64,000 bases of DNA from Deltaproteobacteria bacterium (GTDB lineage: Bacteria; Desulfobacterota; Desulfobacteria; Desulfobacterales; Desulfosalsimonadaceae), in assembly GCA_013151835.1 (NCBI GenBank), contig JAADHK010000044.1, positions 11,447 to 75,446 on the forward strand, read 5' to 3'. The position numbers and the translations under genes were made by a program. Positions 61,088-64,000 of this stretch are shown piece by piece. Within the stretch, counting starts at the first letter, position 1. The number at the start of each line of letters is the position of its first letter. A model generated the notes under the pieces. The model worked only from the letters and a program-made list of their open reading frames with translations, was not told the DNA's origin and did not search any database.

Positions 61088-61485
61088 ATTAAATCATTGA
61101 GTGGCAGGGCAAGGTCATATTTTTTAGCGGGTGCGAAACCCGCCCCGGAAAGCTGGTCAGCCACCGGTAGGTTAAAACAGGGCCTCAAAAAATGTGCCAA
61201 ACCGGTTCAGCAGGTCGCTGACATCATTAACCAACCTTTAAATATCATAGTGATTTTCTACCATTATATGTAATCTTGATTAGAAATCGGATTGGTGTAT
61301 GCAGACAATCCACTGCTTATGTTAACAGTTTGATATAAAACTGTTTTCTTGCCACTTGGATTCGCTCTTCTTGGCCCCCCATTACCGCTATGGCGGTATA
61401 TCTGGAAGGTATCCGGAGCCAGTATTCCGATTTACTCAAAATGCTGAAAAATGATGAAACATCCCCTCCGTAATTTTTCCCGTTT

Positions 61486-61517
61486 GTTTCAGTTGCAACG
61501 CGCGTTGCAACTGAAAC
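61486..61517. repeat. perfect 32-bp palindrome
   Basis: GTTTCA GTTGCAAC GCGC GTTGCAAC TGAAAC. It contains two copies of the 8-bp palindrome GTTGCAAC and is followed on the plus strand by ATTCTTTTTC. Confidence 0.9.
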
Positions 61518-61840
61518 ATTCTTTTTCAATGCCGTGAAAACAACCACTTACATTAAGCCTCATTCCGGGCCTGTGAAAATTATATCTCCTGTTGATTATC
61601 AATAGGAGGTATTGCCATGGAATTCTTAAGGGCATTGGCTGTTTTATTAAAAAATGTCGAATATTGAACAAGGAATGTTGAACCGCAGAAGTAAAAAAAC
61701 TTCGACATTCTGCGGTTGGTTTTTAAAATAATCGCTTAAGTTACGACATTGTGTCTGATGTAAAATCTTACCCTTGACACACCATCCTGGTTTCGGCATA
61801 CTCCCGCATCCACAGGCAAATTTAAACAACAGGATGTAAA

Positions 61841-63424
61841 TTGAGCAATAAATTGAAAAAAGAAATCCAGCGACGGCGAACCTTCGGTATTATCAGCCAT
61901 CCGGATGCGGGCAAGACGACCCTTACCGAAAAGCTGTTGCTGTTTGGTGGCGCAATCCAGATGGCCGGAGCGGTGAAATCGCGTAAAACCTCCAGGCATG
62001 CAGTCAGCGACTGGATGGCCATTGAGCAGGATCGTGGTATCTCGGTTACGACATCGGTGCTGAAATTCAATTACCGGGATTTTGAGATTAACCTGCTCGA
62101 TACCCCGGGTCACCAGGATTTTTCCGAAGACACCTACCGGGTGCTGACGGCCGTGGACAGTTCGCTCATGGTCATCGACTCCGCCAAGGGTGTGGAGACA
62201 CAGACCGAAAAACTCATGGAAGTCTGCCGAATGCGCAACACGCCAATCATGACCTTTATAAACAAGCTTGACCGCGAGGGCATGGACCCCCTGGAAATTC
62301 TCGCGGATATAGAAGATAAGCTCCAGATTGAGTGTTCTCCGCTTTCATGGCCCATCGGCATGGGCAAAAATTTCAGGGGCGTTTACAATATTTATTGCCG
62401 GCAATTGCATATTTTTACCCCGGGCGGTAACACCCGCAAGCAGGAGGGCCTTGTGGTCAAAGACCTTGCCGACCCCATGCTCGACAAATTGCTCGGCAGC
62501 CAGGCGGATAAACTCCGGGAGGATATCGAACTCCTTGAAGGGGCGGCCAATCCCTTTGACCATGAACAATATTTAAATGCGGGCCAGACCCCGGTCTTTT
62601 TCGGGTCCGCCATTAACAATTTCGGGGTAAAGGAGCTGCTTGACGCCTTTGTCGAGCTTGCGCCTCCGCCCGGCCCCCGTTTCACCACCAGCCGGCCTGT
62701 CCTTCCGGAAGAAAGTGCATTTTCGGGCTTTGCCTTTAAGATCCAGGCCAATATGAATCCGGCACACCGGGACCGGATCGCGTTTTTTCGTATCTGCTCC
62801 GGAAAATTCACGCGCGGCATGAAGGTTCGTCACCACAGGCTCGGCAAGGAAATGACCCTGGCCAATGCCACGATTTTCATGGCCCAGGATCGCAATAATG
62901 TTGAAGAGGCCTATCCGGGCGATATTATCGGCATCCATAATCACGGCACCATCAAGATCGGCGACACCTTTACCGACAAGGAGCCGCTCCGGTTCACGGG
63001 TATTCCCAATTTTGCGCCCGAGCATTTCCGCCGGGTTCTGCTTAAAAATCCGTTAAGGGCCAAGCAGCTTAAAAAAGGCCTGATGCAGATGGCGGAAGAG
63101 GGTTGTATTCAGATTTTCCGGCCGCTCGCAGGCAGTGAATATATTCTGGGAGCGGTTGGTGTGCTTCAGTTTGATGTGACCATGGCGCGGCTCAAGGCGG
63201 AATACGGGGTGGATGCGGTTTACGAAGCAGTGGATTATGCCACGGCCCGGTGGATAAGCTGTGATAACCGCAGGAAGCTCCAGGAGTTCAAGGACAAGAA
63301 TGAGGCCAATCTCGCCCTGGACGCCGAGGGGAATCTATCATATATGGCGGCCAGTGAGTGGCGTTTATCCAACACCATGGAAGTATTTCCCGATATTGTT
63401 TTTCACAAGACGTGCGGCTTATGA
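61841..63424 (+). CDS. prfC: peptide chain release factor 3
   Basis: [44 protein letters not shown] start with AGGA upstream and a TTGACA-17-CATACT promoter-like sequence at about 61774-61802. Confidence 0.93.
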   Translation: MSNKLKKEIQRRRTFGIISHPDAGKTTLTEKLLLFGGAIQMAGAVKSRKTSRHAVSDWMAIEQDRGISVTTSVLKFNYRDFEINLLDTPGHQDFSEDTYRVLTAVDSSLMVIDSAKGVETQTEKLMEVCRMRNTPIMTFINKLDREGMDPLEILADIEDKLQIECSPLSWPIGMGKNFRGVYNIYCRQLHIFTPGGNTRKQEGLVVKDLADPMLDKLLGSQADKLREDIELLEGAANPFDHEQYLNAGQTPVFFGSAINNFGVKELLDAFVELAPPPGPRFTTSRPVLPEESAFSGFAFKIQANMNPAHRDRIAFFRICSGKFTRGMKVRHHRLGKEMTLANATIFMAQDRNNVEEAYPGDIIGIHNHGTIKIGDTFTDKEPLRFTGIPNFAPEHFRRVLLKNPLRAKQLKKGLMQMAEEGCIQIFRPLAGSEYILGAVGVLQFDVTMARLKAEYGVDAVYEAVDYATARWISCDNRRKLQEFKDKNEANLALDAEGNLSYMAASEWRLSNTMEVFPDIVFHKTCGL

Positions 63425-63444
63425 GCATCATATGCCGGATTTTG

Positions 63445-64000
63445 TCATCCCCGCGCAAGCCACATCCTTTCATACGGTTCAAGTTTTAACTCAAAAACCT
63501 TTTCCATTATAAAATGCCTGCCGGTGAAACGATCCGCAAGTTCATCGGCTGCCTCGAGGCCGAGGGTTTTCGGGTCGAGTAAAACTTCCTGGTGCCGATC
63601 CGAGAGGTTTATGGCAACAAGAGTGCGAAAGCGTCCGCAATGGTTTAAAACAAGGGCTACGCACGGGCTGCCGGAACCAATGTATTCGGCCTCGTTTCCA
63701 GTAAAATGGAGGGCCGGGTCTGAATCGACGATTTCAATCAGCCCGTTTATCCCTCGCGCGATCAGGCTGCGGAGAGAATTTTTATCGCAAAGCTCCTTTT
63801 CAAGCGCGTCCAGCTCGGAGCGGGTTCGTTTGATATCTCGCAGTTCCCCGGTCTTTTCCATCCGCACGTAGTCGTTTTCAAGCCCCAAAAGATCGTTGAA
63901 ATAGATTGACTTTACATTTCTGCCCATCATGGCAAAGGCTAACGTGTAAAACGAAAGAAAGCGTGCGGCGTCTGATTTCGGATCATCCAGCGCCGCAAGG
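63445..64000 (-). CDS. GH13 sucrose-phosphorylase-like glycoside phosphorylase, C-terminal part (gene continues beyond window end)
   Basis: The frame is open from 64000. …YFNDLLGLENDYVRMEKTGELRDIKRTR… resembles the conserved C-terminal region of sucrose/glucosylglycerate phosphorylases. Confidence 0.6.
   Translation of the reverse strand, partial: LAALDDPKSDAARFLSFYTLAFAMMGRNVKSIYFNDLLGLENDYVRMEKTGELRDIKRTRSELDALEKELCDKNSLRSLIARGINGLIEIVDSDPALHFTGNEAEYIGSGSPCVALVLNHCGRFRTLVAINLSDRHQEVLLDPKTLGLEAADELADRFTGRHFIMEKVFELKLEPYERMWLARG

Noticed and set aside
60883-61200. 105-aa minus-strand ORF and 61317..61547(-) / 61736..62113(-) ORFs in the low-GC segment and over the prfC start.
   Set aside because: No RBS or motif. 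One spans the perfect palindrome and another is antisense to prfC. Insufficient support to call as genes.
1-64000. Searched by eye for CRISPR arrays, tRNA/rRNA genes, integrases and transposases.
   Set aside because: No regularly spaced direct repeats with unique spacers, no T-loop GGTTCGAATCC-type tRNA signatures, no rRNA-like segments, and no integrase or transposase ORFs were found. The absence is by inspection only and should be confirmed with tRNAscan-SE, Infernal and a CRISPR finder.

Overview
A 64-kb chromosomal window with mid-range G+C. Gene content suggests a sulfate-reducer-like Desulfobacterales-type deltaproteobacterium; this is an inference from sigma54 regulation, a glycyl-radical enzyme and an Ehr/Hyf-like membrane complex, with no database search run. 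Most of the window is ordinary housekeeping or accessory coding sequence:
- a sigma54 activator and a REC / hybrid-kinase pair
- a PAS-GGDEF cyclase
- a YejBEF-like ABC importer
- a LarE-like sulfur transferase
- a 990-aa glycyl-radical enzyme
- a TolC-MFP-RND efflux operon
- a large secreted M43-type metalloprotease
- a DAHP synthase-prephenate dehydratase fusion
- a dynamin-like GTPase
- an ArsR / P-type ATPase metal module
- a complete trpEGDCFBA operon
- a DUF4258 / YgiT toxin-antitoxin pair
- cinA, pepA and prfC

No rRNA, tRNA or CRISPR array was recognised by eye.

The observations most worth a second look are:
1. A six-gene group-4-hydrogenase/complex-I-like membrane module (35786..43419). 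Its large subunit keeps only 2 of the 4 NiFe-ligating cysteines (Ehr-type), and the window has no maturation genes and no obvious electron-input module.
2. A family of ~135-170-bp MITE-like elements. Subfamily A copies have terminal inverted repeats and 6-7-bp target-site duplications, and one copy is inserted inside another. The inner stems covary across both subfamilies (A and B).
3. A second repeat family with REP/REPIN architecture (GTAG plus a covarying hairpin, in inverted doublets). One copy sits inside the trp operon.
4. Textbook leader-peptide attenuators upstream of the Phe gene (FFSFGRFFFF) and the trp operon (WWW), each followed by two tandem intrinsic terminators.
5. An eliminase-type glycyl-radical enzyme with an ~180-aa N-terminal SCP2-like extension and no adjacent activase.

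All calls come from reading the sequence and the ORF track. Family assignments rest on motifs I recognise, not on searches.
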